A DNA stretch of 41,019 bases from Xanthobacteraceae bacterium (GCA_035943155.1 DASZCJ010000050.1:1-41019), one strand, 5' to 3'. Shown: positions 1 through 9,090, counted from the first letter of the stretch. The notes: generated from the letters alone by a model not told the origin. A program made the numbers and translations.

Positions 1-244
1 GACGTGACGGGTACTCCCATGCGTGGCAGACATGACCACAGGTCGTCGACCCAGCTCCTGTTGCATTTACCGCAGCGCCAACATTGCGCATATTCGATGC
101 CGGCATGTCGGCATGATGTCCGCATATCCTCGAAAGCAGACAATTCGCATCTCTTCGGCACGTCTATTTTCCGGGCTCATGCGCGCGGTGCACGCTCGCA
201 AATAAGAGCGTCAAACTGAGCAACCGCTAAATATTTACATTTTC

Positions 245-991
245 TTATTCGGTTCCGAGATAAGCCTGTTGCACTTCGGTATTCGAACGAATATTCGTAG
301 GCACATCGCTGGCCACTACCTGGCCGGAGAGCAAAACAGTAATGCGGTCGGCGAGCGCGAACACTACATCCATGTCGTGCTCGATAAGCAAGATTGTGAA
401 CTCCCGCTTTAGTTCGTGAAACAAGGCCACGATGCGGGTTGTTTCTTGCGGACCCAGTCCCGCCATCGGTTCGTCGAGGAGCAGCATGCGCGGCCGGCCG
501 GCGAGAGCGATCGCAATCTCAAGTAAGCGATGTTCGCCGTGACTTAGTTGCGAGGCGGGCGTGTCCGCACGATCCGCGAGCCCGACACGCGCCAATTGGC
601 GAAGCGCCGGCTGACGTAACTCGGGGTCAAAGCGCGCGTTTCGCCAGAAGCGAAACGAATGGCCGGCATGCGCCTGAACCGCAAGCGCCACGTTATCGAT
701 CGTACTGAAGTCGAGAAGAAGCGTTGTGATCTGAAAAGAGCGCGCCAGTCCAAGCATGCTGCGGCGATGCACCGGCAACCACGTGATGTCGCGTCCTGCG
801 AACCGTATCGAACCGGAGTCAGGGCGAGTCTGACCGGCGATCTGATCGACCAGCGTCGTCTTCCCCGCGCCGTTTGGTCCGATTACGGCGTGAAGTTCAC
901 CGGCACCGACCTCGAACGAAAGTCGGTCGGAGGCCACGACGCCCGCGAAGTGCTTGGTCAAGGCCGTGACTTGGAGCATCGGCTCACGCAT
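245..991 (-). CDS. ABC transporter ATP-binding protein (LivG/HAAT-like)
   Basis: Taken from ORF 245..1015. Walker A GPNGAGKTT, ABC signature LSHGEHRLLEIAIAL, Walker B LLLDEP, H-loop IEHDM. Start set at ATG 991 (GGAGA about 9 nt upstream). ATG 979 and ATG 1015 are alternatives. Confidence 0.85.
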   Translation of the reverse strand: MREPMLQVTALTKHFAGVVASDRLSFEVGAGELHAVIGPNGAGKTTLVDQIAGQTRPDSGSIRFAGRDITWLPVHRRSMLGLARSFQITTLLLDFSTIDNVALAVQAHAGHSFRFWRNARFDPELRQPALRQLARVGLADRADTPASQLSHGEHRLLEIAIALAGRPRMLLLDEPMAGLGPQETTRIVALFHELKREFTILLIEHDMDVVFALADRITVLLSGQVVASDVPTNIRSNTEVQQAYLGTE

Positions 992-1027
992 GGCCGTTGG
1001 TCTCCGGCATTCCATCCTCGCAAATAT

Positions 1028-1593
1028 TTATAAGCCTGATCGAAAGCGGGTCATGACGACGATGATCGCGACTTGCATCAATCCTTGAAGACCGACGACG
1101 TAGAAATACCGCTGCATCCAGATGGCAACCTTGTTCATGTCCGGTTCGTTCTTCGAGGCAGACGAAGACATTGACCGGCGTCAAGAACCCGAGGCCTTGA
1201 ATTGTCATCAACGTGACCAACGCGAGTGCTGCGGCTACCCAGCCGTAGGCCGGCCAGTCAAGTGCGGTATAGCCGATCTTGACTGCGAGGAACCAGCCCG
1301 TCGTGCCGGCAATGATGGAAACCGTCGGCATTAGAAAAAGCGTACGCGGTGTGAGGCGTCGCATGATTTCTCGACGAACCGAGCGGTCCGCGACGGAGGA
1401 TAGGGCCAAGCACAAAACCCATGAACAGATCAATGCCAGTCCACAACAAACTAGAAAACACGTGAATAAAGTCGAGAAGCCAGAAATTGCCCGCTGTGAT
1501 GGCTGCAATCATGGCGGCAATGGCGGTCGACGCCCACAACGGATAGCGGAACGGAATGAAGCCTTCGGGTATCTCTATCGTCGCGACCATCAT
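1028..1593 (-). pseudogene. Multi-pass membrane protein gene of unknown family, apparently broken by two +1 frame changes
   Basis: Protein-like hydrophobic sequence moves through three frames. Frame A (from ATG 1593): MMVATIEIPEGFIPFRYPLWASTAIAAMIAAITAGNFWLLDFIHVFSSLLWTGIDLFMGFVLGPILRR. Frame B: ADRSVRREIMRRLTPRTLFLMPTVSIIAGTTGWFLAVKIGYTALDWPAYGWVAAALALVTLMTIQGLGFLTPVNVFVCLEE. Frame C: PDMNKVAIWMQRYFYVVGLQGLMQVAIIVVMTRFRSGL, ending at TAA 1028-1030. After each switch the abandoned frame reads as low-complexity Arg/Ser/His text. Confidence 0.45.
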
Positions 1594-1787
1594 TCCGGAA
1601 TCATACTCCTTGCAGGAGCGACGCCGTGTTCGATGGCGCGCGACGTAAAGCCTCTGCCAATATTTAGTTCGTGATCGCGTTTTCGAAGGGGTAAATCACC
1701 TCGCCGCTCTTGTACTGCGGCGGATAGCCGAGCCCCGCGCTGAGCGGATTAGCGTATTAAATTATATCATCAGGTTGCGCGACCGTT

Positions 1788-1801
1788 TTGATCTGGATCA
1801 A
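1788..1801. promoter_or_regulatory. Perfect FNR/FixK-type palindrome TTGATCTGGATCAA
   Basis: Exact TTGAT-N4-ATCAA in the 410-nt AT-rich divergent region between the frameshifted membrane gene (start 1593) and the hemerythrin gene (start 2004). It lies about 200 nt from either start, so the target is unclear. Confidence 0.45.
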
Positions 1802-2003
1802 GAGGAATTGCAGTTTGCTGAGTGAGTAACACTGCGCGGTTCTATCGCATCACTTCTGTTTTCCTCTTCGTTCTCGACGGTCGGCATGGCGCGCACTGAG
1901 GCAACATTGATTAAGCCGAGTCCCACGACCTATTGATCATTTGATCTAGCGCAATAACTCTGGCCGAACTGCCAATATCATACAAAAAACTCGGCATTCA
2001 TTC

Positions 2004-2612
2004 ATGACAAGAATTATTGAGACTTTACTTGAAGACCACCGAAACATCGAAGAGTTACTCCTTGTTCTGGAGCGCGAATTAGGTGTGATTGATCGCGATG
2101 AGCGGCCCGATTATGAAATTATACAGGCGATCATCAGTTATTTTCAGGACTATCCCGATTGCTGCCATCATCCGAAAGAGGACATGGTCTTTGAGAAGCT
2201 GAAGGCGCGTGACCCTGTTGCCGTCGAAAGCATCGGCGATCTCGAAGCGGAGCATCAAAATGAACGCCAACGTTTGCGCCGGGTTGCCGACACGATCAGG
2301 AATATTCTGACCGGTCACGACGTCCAACGGCAAACGTTCGACGATGTCATGCGTGACTTCATCAAGCACGAGCGGAAACATATGGAAATCGAAGAACGAT
2401 TTTTATTTTCGACTGCGATCAACGTCTTACGACCCGAGGACTGGGCGGGCATCGATGCAAGGTGGGGTGATTGGAAGGATTCGATCTTCAACGTGGCATT
2501 TGAGGAAAAAGGTCAGTCACTTCGCGAGCGTATTTTGCAATGGCAGCGCGAAAATCGAGACAATTCGAAAGCGACGGGCGCCGATTCAAATAATAAGCCA
2601 ATTCGAGCCTGA
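2004..2612 (+). CDS. Hemerythrin HHE cation-binding domain protein
   Basis: 202 aa. Spaced His/Glu ligand patterns typical of hemerythrin-like di-iron domains: LEDHRNIEELL, HHPKEDMVFEKL, LEAEHQNERQRL, HERKHMEIEERFLF. The gene is visibly lower in GC than its neighbours. Confidence 0.75.
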   Translation: MTRIIETLLEDHRNIEELLLVLERELGVIDRDERPDYEIIQAIISYFQDYPDCCHHPKEDMVFEKLKARDPVAVESIGDLEAEHQNERQRLRRVADTIRNILTGHDVQRQTFDDVMRDFIKHERKHMEIEERFLFSTAINVLRPEDWAGIDARWGDWKDSIFNVAFEEKGQSLRERILQWQRENRDNSKATGADSNNKPIRA

Positions 2613-2654
2613 GCCGTTTCTTCGCAAGTCTTGCTCGCGCTCCAGCAACACCAT

Positions 2655-3134
2655 TCAGGGCAATCCGCCGTGCGCGCCGAGTACGCCAGCGCCAATACAA
2701 AACGCCGAGACAATTAGGGCTACCGCGTGGAATCTTACTGCCACCGCGAAGGCGCGATCCTTATTGCGCAGAGCAAATTGATGAAAGAGACGATGAATCA
2801 CCAGCGGTTCGAGCACATAGACCATTAGCGCGAATGGAATCCAGACATCGACCATAAAGTCTAGCCACCAGGCCGACGCATAACGAAAGCGATCCCAAGC
2901 ATCGAGCTTCGTCAGCATGTAGGTGCCGGACAGGCCGACGAGCAGGATCGAAATACGGGCTTGGGAGGCGAAACGCAATTCGAACGCCTCGAAAGCGGCA
3001 AGCGCGTCTAGCGCATTGGGCAAACCGCGAGCGCGGGGCAAAACAATCGTCGTTACGACGGCTAAGCCGCCGATCCAGTGAACCAACGCCAGAACGTGAA
3101 TCGCACGCGCCAGTACGAGATCATCGATCATCAT
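2655..3134 (-). CDS. Integral membrane protein, unknown function
   Basis: 159 aa with about four hydrophobic helices (HVLALVHWIGGLAVVTTIVL, ISILLVGLSGTYML, VWIPFALMVYVLEPLVI, AVALIVSAFCIGAGVLG). Starts with a double ATG. No family recognised. Confidence 0.55.
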   Translation of the reverse strand: MMIDDLVLARAIHVLALVHWIGGLAVVTTIVLPRARGLPNALDALAAFEAFELRFASQARISILLVGLSGTYMLTKLDAWDRFRYASAWWLDFMVDVWIPFALMVYVLEPLVIHRLFHQFALRNKDRAFAVAVRFHAVALIVSAFCIGAGVLGAHGGLP

Positions 3135-3157
3135 CGATTGGAGCTTCAGGTAGGGAA

Positions 3158-3171
3158 TTGATCTTTGTCAA
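3158..3171. promoter_or_regulatory. FNR-like box TTGATCTTTGTCAA (1 mismatch)
   Basis: The centre is only about 30 nt upstream of ATG 3134. That geometry does not fit a class II activating site for this start, so it could be repressive or fortuitous. Confidence 0.25.
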
Positions 3172-3410
3172 CTCGATCTTTGGGATAGCTGTTAAATTTT
3201 GAAACTTAATTTTCGCGGAGGTTTGAATTGACGCCACCAACTATGATCGCACTGGCGCGGAAAATTCCCCGCCGTCAATGCCCCCCCGTCACCGGAAGAG
3301 CGGAGCGTCGCACTACAGAAATTCGGATATCTGTTCAAGAAGTAACGGCAATATATTTGCACCAATCCTAGAAACGTCAATGTCGCGGGTTTTGCGCACT
3401 TTTTCTTCGA

Positions 3411-4751
3411 TCAGTTCGTTGTTTTGCGTAGATCCTTGACCCGCACAGCCTTGCCCTGCGAGCGCGGTACCGCGCCTGACTTCTTTACAGCAACCGTGCA
3501 GGTCACGCCGATCATCGATTTCAAGTGCTGGCGAATTTCGTCTGCTTTCTTCGCGAGGAAGTGTTCGTCCGACGGCGCATCGACGACGAGCTCGACCTCG
3601 ACGGTCATGGCGTCGAGTGGGCCGTCGCGCGTCAGCAGGATTTGGTAATGCGGCGCGAGGTCGGGAAAGCCGACGAGAAACGCCTCGATCTGCGAAGGGA
3701 AGATATTGACGCCGCGAATGATGAGCATGTCGTCGTCGCGCCCTGTGACTCGCATGATGCGCGTATGCGTCCGCCCACAGACGCAGGGCTCGTTGGTCAG
3801 CGTCGTGATGTCACGCGTGCGATAGCGGATCATCGGCAGCGCCTCCTTGCTCAGCGTCGTGATCACGAGCTCACCGGGCTCGCCGATCGGAAGCCGTTGG
3901 AGCGTCTTTGGATCGACGATTTCGAACAGGAAATGGTCCTCCCAGCCGTGCAGGCCGTTCTGCCCCGCGTCGCACTCACAAGCAACGCCCGGTCCGAGAA
4001 TCTCCGACAATCCGTAAATATCGATTGCCTTGATGCCGAAGCGAGTCTCGAGGTCGCTGCGCAAGGCTTCGCTCCAAGGCTCGGCCCCGAAGATGCCGCA
4101 ACGGACCGGTAGCTCGCGCACGTCGAGGCCCATCGCGTCAGCAACCTCGGCGATGTTAAGCGCATAGGACGGCGTCGCGCATAGGACGTCGGCGCCGAAA
4201 TCCCGCAGCAGCGTAACCTGACGTTCAGTGCCGCCGCCCGAGACCGGCACGACGGTGCAGCCAAGCCGCTCGGCGCCGTAATGCGCGCCGAGCCCGCCGG
4301 TGAACAGGCCGTAGCCATATGCATTGTGGACGATGTCGCCCGGCCGGGCGCCAGCGCATGACAGCGATCGCGCCATCAGGTCTGACCACAAATCGAGATC
4401 GGCTTGGGTGTAGCCGACGACCGTCGGCCGACCGGTTGTCCCGGAGGACGCATGCAGCCGCAGCACCTTTTCGCGCGGCACCGCGAACATGCCGAACGGA
4501 TAGTTTTCGCGCAGGTCGGTTTTCAGCGTGAAGGGGAAGCGCACGAGATCGTCGAGCGACGTCAAATGCTCCGGCTTGACACCCGCCGCATCGAATTTTC
4601 GGCGAAAGTGGGGGACCTTGGCATAGGCCCGTTCGAGGGTTTTCTTCAGACGATTGAGCTGCAAGGCCGCAAGCTCGACGCGGGGCATGCATTCGGAGGC
4701 GCGATCGAGCATGAACGTCACGGTGTCGCGACTCGCGGTTCGTGCCGTCAT
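3411..4751 (-). CDS. paaK: Phenylacetate-CoA ligase (PaaK / PadJ type)
   Basis: ORF 3411..4991 trimmed to ATG 4751, which overlaps the upstream stop (ATGA); ATG 4763 is an alternative. 446 aa. PaaK hallmarks: LAALQLNRLKKTLERAYAKVPHFRRKFDAAGV, SSGTTGRPTVVGYT, IYGLSE, C-terminal RSQGKAVRVKD. Confidence 0.85.
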   Translation of the reverse strand: MTARTASRDTVTFMLDRASECMPRVELAALQLNRLKKTLERAYAKVPHFRRKFDAAGVKPEHLTSLDDLVRFPFTLKTDLRENYPFGMFAVPREKVLRLHASSGTTGRPTVVGYTQADLDLWSDLMARSLSCAGARPGDIVHNAYGYGLFTGGLGAHYGAERLGCTVVPVSGGGTERQVTLLRDFGADVLCATPSYALNIAEVADAMGLDVRELPVRCGIFGAEPWSEALRSDLETRFGIKAIDIYGLSEILGPGVACECDAGQNGLHGWEDHFLFEIVDPKTLQRLPIGEPGELVITTLSKEALPMIRYRTRDITTLTNEPCVCGRTHTRIMRVTGRDDDMLIIRGVNIFPSQIEAFLVGFPDLAPHYQILLTRDGPLDAMTVEVELVVDAPSDEHFLAKKADEIRQHLKSMIGVTCTVAVKKSGAVPRSQGKAVRVKDLRKTTN

Positions 4752-6343
4752 GGCAAAATCCATCCCGGCTTGACCGGCGGACCCGCGGTGCCGGAGCCGC
4801 GCACGGGGGTATGATTGAGCGCGAAGCCCTGATTGTATCCGGCGCGCGTGACGAGAATGAATTTCAAGGCCCAGCCGGCGGCGAACGCGGAGAAGCCGCC
4901 GAGTGCAAACAATAGGGTAGGGATCGTTGTGACAACGAACCCAAACATGATGGCGATGGCCGGGATCACAAGTCCAAAAGCAAGGAACCACGGCCGGTAG
5001 GCGTTAAGGACTTCAAACGTGCGGGTCGGTGCGCCCGCATTCCGCAGGCCGGTTGAATAAGTCAGCCAGGCGAGGCCGCGCGCGGCAACAAGCACAAGCG
5101 TCGCGGCCGCAACCGCCGGCGTGACCGGCCTCAGTTCTGGTAGCAACGGCAACATGGCGAGAAACAGGCCGGCGCCCTCGGTGAGGCCCGTCACGGCGAT
5201 AAGCGGTACGATCGCCGGCGTGCGCCAGGCGGGGATCCCCATTGCTTCCTTGAGGATCATGCCCTGGCAATAGAGGAATACGAGTCCAAAAACGGCGGCA
5301 ATGCCGATAAGAGCGCCGTTCTCGGACCAGACGGCGAGAACCGCGAGCGGCAAGAAAATGCCGGCGACCCAGGACTCGCGGCTCATCCACGATCGCTGCG
5401 GTTGTCGCAGAACGTAGATGGAGCGCAGGGGTCGACCGATCTTGAAGATCAACAGAAACAGTCCGAATGCGACCAGGGCCAACGCTATCAGAGCGGGTAC
5501 GGCAAAGGATACGCCGTCAAGGCCCGCGACTGCCGTAACGGCGAACAGCCCAGTCCCGGCACCGCCGCACAGAAAATTGCCGGCCGCCTTCCAGTTCCAG
5601 TGCGGCTGGTGCCAGGGCTCGACGCCGCGGGTGCGGATTTTTTCCGCCTGTTGTTCTGCGGGTAGCGCCGATGCGGTAGCCGTAGGCGACTCGGTATCAC
5701 CTGCTTTGGCATAGAGGTAAAAAAAGCTCGGCTCGGTGCCGAGCTCATTGTGCATGCGAAAGTGCTTCTGCTCGCGCAACAGCCGGGAGACGTTGCTGTT
5801 TGGATCGTCGATATCGCCAAAGTGCAGCGCGTCGGCGATGCAGGAATTAACGCAGGCCGGCGTCGCACGCGGCTCGAGCCCCGGCGTCAAGCCGTTTTCG
5901 AGGCCGAAGTCGACGCGGTCCGAGCAGAACGTACATTTTTGCGCCACGCCGAGGCGGGCGGGGTCTTCGCGCTCGATCTCGTTTTGCATCGCCGCGCCGT
6001 AAGCGAAATGCGGCGCGTCCACGAGGAACCGGGCCTGGTATGGACAGGCGACCTCGCAATAGGCGCAGCCAATGCAGAGCTCGTAGTCGATGGTGACGAT
6101 GCCGTCGCTGCGCTGACGCGTCGCCGTCGTCGGACAGACATGCACGCACGGCGGGTCGGCGCAATGCTGGCAGCCGACCGGAACGAAGGTGCGGCTCACG
6201 TTGGGAAATGAGCCGGCCTCGACGTCGAGCACCTTGCGCCATTGCACGGCCGGTGAGGTGGCGTTGGCATGCCGGCAGGCTGCCGTGCAGGTCTGGCAGC
6301 CGACGCAGCGCTCGAGATCGGCCACCATCGTCCAGCGCGTCAT
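4748..6343 (-). CDS. padCD: Fused 4x[4Fe-4S] ferredoxin subunit plus polytopic membrane anchor (PadC-PadD-like; DmsB/NrfC plus DmsC/NrfD-like)
   Basis: ORF 4748..7069 trimmed to ATG 6343 (MTRWTMVADLERCVGCQTC), which overlaps the stop of the upstream molybdoenzyme gene (ATGA). The N-terminal ~230 aa carry four Cys groups: CVGCQTCTAAC, CQHCADPPCVHVCP, CIGCAYCEVACP, CTFC...CVNSC. After a Pro/Ala/Thr-rich linker, the C-terminal ~270 aa are about eight hydrophobic helices. 531 aa in a single frame. Confidence 0.7.
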   Translation of the reverse strand: MTRWTMVADLERCVGCQTCTAACRHANATSPAVQWRKVLDVEAGSFPNVSRTFVPVGCQHCADPPCVHVCPTTATRQRSDGIVTIDYELCIGCAYCEVACPYQARFLVDAPHFAYGAAMQNEIEREDPARLGVAQKCTFCSDRVDFGLENGLTPGLEPRATPACVNSCIADALHFGDIDDPNSNVSRLLREQKHFRMHNELGTEPSFFYLYAKAGDTESPTATASALPAEQQAEKIRTRGVEPWHQPHWNWKAAGNFLCGGAGTGLFAVTAVAGLDGVSFAVPALIALALVAFGLFLLIFKIGRPLRSIYVLRQPQRSWMSRESWVAGIFLPLAVLAVWSENGALIGIAAVFGLVFLYCQGMILKEAMGIPAWRTPAIVPLIAVTGLTEGAGLFLAMLPLLPELRPVTPAVAAATLVLVAARGLAWLTYSTGLRNAGAPTRTFEVLNAYRPWFLAFGLVIPAIAIMFGFVVTTIPTLLFALGGFSAFAAGWALKFILVTRAGYNQGFALNHTPVRGSGTAGPPVKPGWILP

Positions 6344-9078
6344 GACGCGCCTCCGAGCCGCGTTACCTTGACCTTGACGAGATCGGCGCTGGAGCCGGTC
6401 GCATCGGTCAATTCGAGCAGCATCGGCATCAGCGCATTCATGCTCGGGGCGTGGAAATCCTTGGCGTAGGGCGTCGCCCAATGGTCGAACTGGCCGATCA
6501 TCAGCAATGTGTCGGGGCGAATTCCTTCGCACAGCATGACGCGGCCCTGCGTGCCATTGAGCGCCGAGCGTACCTCGACCAGATCGCCGTCGGCGACGCC
6601 GAGCTGTTCGCCAGTCGCGCAATTCATGACGACACTGCCGTGACCGGCCACATTGTCGGCCACCTCTTTGATCAGCTGGATGCCGACATTGCCGCCCCAG
6701 GAATATTGCATGCTGCGTGCCGTCACGAGCCAGTACGGATAGTCCTCGATGCGCACGTTGTAGTGCTTGGCAAGCGCGCCTTCCCACAATGCACCCAGGT
6801 CGTGCCAATGCGGCAGCGGCTCGTATTCCTCGAGCTGGCGGTCCCACCAATGGATGTCCTGCTCGTGCAGGCGCCGTTTGAGCTCCTGGCCGATGCGGAA
6901 CAGCCGTTCCTGATAGGGCTGCTCGAACCGCAGGCCAGTTTCGACCAGCTTGGGATAGAGGTACCACTGCAACCGCGAGAACGGTTTCACGCGGAAGCCG
7001 TGTTGGCGGAACCAGTCGAGTCCTTGCGTCTCGCTCCCATCGGTTACTTCGGCACTCGCCGCGCGGCACGTGGCGTCCCAGATGCTCTCAACGTCGTGCA
7101 CCTTGGCTGGATCGAGCGAGAAGTCATAGTTCGACCCGGACAATTTTACGCCGGCGGCGCCACGATTGATTGCCACGTTGTATTCGGCGAGGAGACCCGT
7201 GCGCTTGGCGAGTTCCGTCGAAATCCAGGTGAAGTCGCGTGCTTCGCCCTGCGGCGGGACGGCGGGGTCGCGCAGCGCAAAGCCCTGATAGTCCCAGAAC
7301 TGCTCCACATATTTCGTACCGCCGATGCGCAGGAGCTGCAGCCCTTCGAGGTCAGTGCAGTCCGGCAACAGCACGTCGGCCATGTGATTGGTTTCGTCGT
7401 GCGTGAAGGCGAAGCAGACGGTGAACGGAAACTTCGCCATCGCCTCGCCGACTGCCTTGGTATCCCAGAACGAGATCGCCGGGTTGGTGCGGTAGACCAG
7501 CCAGACCTCGGGCGCCGTCGCGTGGGGAAACTTGTCGAAATCCTCGGCCTGCATCATCCAGGCAAGGTGCGTGGGACCGAGCGCCTGGCTCCAGGCCGAA
7601 TTGGCGACAAGCGGCACCAGCGTGCGATGGGCGCTGCGCACCGACGGGCGCCCAGTCCATTCGTCCTTGGCGGTAGAGTTCATTGGATAGTGCATGAAAC
7701 CGTCGGGGCCTGGCGTCACGCTCGACCAGCGATTGTCGGCCGGACGGTTGAGGCGAACAGTAGTACCGAGCGTGCCGCCTGGAACTTCCAGAGCGCCGAC
7801 GAGGCAGGGCAACAGCGTCCGTGCCCAGCAACACTCGTAGCCGCCCCAGCCATTGTTCACAGTTTTGCCAAGCGCGATTGCAACCGGCCGGTAGGGCAGC
7901 GTCACCCCTTCAATCTCGATCGTCTCGCTGACATGGGCATGGGCGAGGAACTCGTTGGCAACGCGGCGGATGGCGGCTGCCGGAACGTCGCAGATCGATG
8001 CCGCCCATTCTGGCGAATAGTCCTTCGCAAAAGCGACGAGGTGGGCAAAGGCCGGGCTTACCTTGCAGGCGCGGCGGATCGTGGCTTCGTCATCGGCGCC
8101 GACCTCAATGCCGTCAACGTCGAATTCTCCCTCCAGCGCCGGTTCAACGTCGGTGGCGTCGAAGACGACTGCGCGGGCGCTGCGCTGGTCGAAGATGAGC
8201 GGCTTTCGGCTGTCGATGTCGCGCAAGAAGAAGCCGTCGGGACCGATCAAATAAGGCGACGAGGTGCGGTGCTTGAGAAACGCGAGGTCGAGCCGCGCGC
8301 GCGGATGCTCGTGCAGCAGTACGTGGATCATCGCAAAGAGAAAGGCCGCGTCGGTCTTTGGCTTGATCGGAATCCATTCTGCCGAGCAGGCACCGGTGAT
8401 CGACAGGTGCGGTTCGATCTGCACACGCTTCATGCCGCGCTTGCGGGCATCGGCATGGCGCTTGACGCCACAAACGCCGCCAGACGCCTCGACATTGGCG
8501 CCGAAGGAAACGAGATATTCGCACAGTGGCGTATCCGGCGAGACGGTGAAGGCGCGATGCCACAGCTCGCCGTAAAGATGTTCCGAGTGGTAGCATTTCA
8601 CGCCTTGGCCAGAGCCGAAGCTCATGTCCACCGGGCCCCATGCGGCAAGGAAGGCCGGCAGCGTCCCCATATAGGCGGTCGGCGTGCCGCCGCCGCCGAA
8701 GCTCGCGGCGAGCCGCGGATATCCGGCGTCGTCGAGCAGGCCCTTGTCGCGCGCGGCATTGAGTTTAGAGGCGACGAGATCGAGCGCCTCATCCCAAGAC
8801 ACCCGGACGAAGCCCGGGTCTTCGCCGCGACCCTTCTTCGGATTGGTCCGCTTCATCGGATGAAGGACGCGGTCGGGATGATACGCCTTCTGCACCAACC
8901 CGAAGGCCTTGACGCAGACCTTACCGCCGGCCGGATGGATTTTTGCAGCATCGAAGTTCGGATTGATTTCGGTCGCCACTCCGTCTTGGATGCGCACAGT
9001 CAACAAATCGGGTCCGGCCACGCATTGGTAGCAATAGCTCGAGACGGTGCGTTCGATTCCAGGCCTGGTGGGAGACAT
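6340..9078 (-). CDS. padB: Molybdopterin (MopB/DMSO-reductase superfamily) oxidoreductase catalytic subunit, PadB-like (candidate phenylacetyl-CoA:acceptor oxidoreductase)
   Basis: 912 aa. N-terminal CYQC...C motif, no twin-arginine signal, GGAG upstream of ATG 9078. The family call rests on size and overall sequence character. The substrate call rests on context (FeS/membrane subunit and PaaK directly downstream), which mirrors padBCD-padJ of Azoarcus/Thauera. Confidence 0.65.
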   Translation of the reverse strand: MSPTRPGIERTVSSYCYQCVAGPDLLTVRIQDGVATEINPNFDAAKIHPAGGKVCVKAFGLVQKAYHPDRVLHPMKRTNPKKGRGEDPGFVRVSWDEALDLVASKLNAARDKGLLDDAGYPRLAASFGGGGTPTAYMGTLPAFLAAWGPVDMSFGSGQGVKCYHSEHLYGELWHRAFTVSPDTPLCEYLVSFGANVEASGGVCGVKRHADARKRGMKRVQIEPHLSITGACSAEWIPIKPKTDAAFLFAMIHVLLHEHPRARLDLAFLKHRTSSPYLIGPDGFFLRDIDSRKPLIFDQRSARAVVFDATDVEPALEGEFDVDGIEVGADDEATIRRACKVSPAFAHLVAFAKDYSPEWAASICDVPAAAIRRVANEFLAHAHVSETIEIEGVTLPYRPVAIALGKTVNNGWGGYECCWARTLLPCLVGALEVPGGTLGTTVRLNRPADNRWSSVTPGPDGFMHYPMNSTAKDEWTGRPSVRSAHRTLVPLVANSAWSQALGPTHLAWMMQAEDFDKFPHATAPEVWLVYRTNPAISFWDTKAVGEAMAKFPFTVCFAFTHDETNHMADVLLPDCTDLEGLQLLRIGGTKYVEQFWDYQGFALRDPAVPPQGEARDFTWISTELAKRTGLLAEYNVAINRGAAGVKLSGSNYDFSLDPAKVHDVESIWDATCRAASAEVTDGSETQGLDWFRQHGFRVKPFSRLQWYLYPKLVETGLRFEQPYQERLFRIGQELKRRLHEQDIHWWDRQLEEYEPLPHWHDLGALWEGALAKHYNVRIEDYPYWLVTARSMQYSWGGNVGIQLIKEVADNVAGHGSVVMNCATGEQLGVADGDLVEVRSALNGTQGRVMLCEGIRPDTLLMIGQFDHWATPYAKDFHAPSMNALMPMLLELTDATGSSADLVKVKVTRLGGAS

Positions 9079-9090
9079 GATGCTCCGACC

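Noticed and set aside
1-244. Plus-strand ORFs 4..219 and 23..205, and a possible partial minus-strand ORF starting at 106 and running off the window
   Set aside because: Translations are low-complexity (Arg/His/Cys/Ser) without motifs. The partial minus-strand frame is only 35 codons, too little to support a call.
1931-1948. TTGATCATTTGATC direct repeat upstream of the hemerythrin gene
   Set aside because: It is a direct repeat of TTGATC, not an inverted repeat, so it does not fit TTGAT-N4-ATCAA. There is no second occurrence to suggest a motif.
3281-3287. C7 homopolymer in the spacer downstream of paaK
   Set aside because: Short, intergenic and not between -35/-10-like elements. There is no basis for calling it a phase-variation tract.
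4748-7069. Long N-terminal extensions in the ORF track (4748..7069, 3411..4991, 23483..25621, 17399..18571, 16872..17588, 14390..16078, 36404..37429, 37176..38210)
   Set aside because: Each extension overlaps the preceding, well-supported gene in another frame, or lies upstream of the predicted promoter, and reads as Arg-rich nonsense. Internal starts with RBS or ATGA coupling give products of canonical length.
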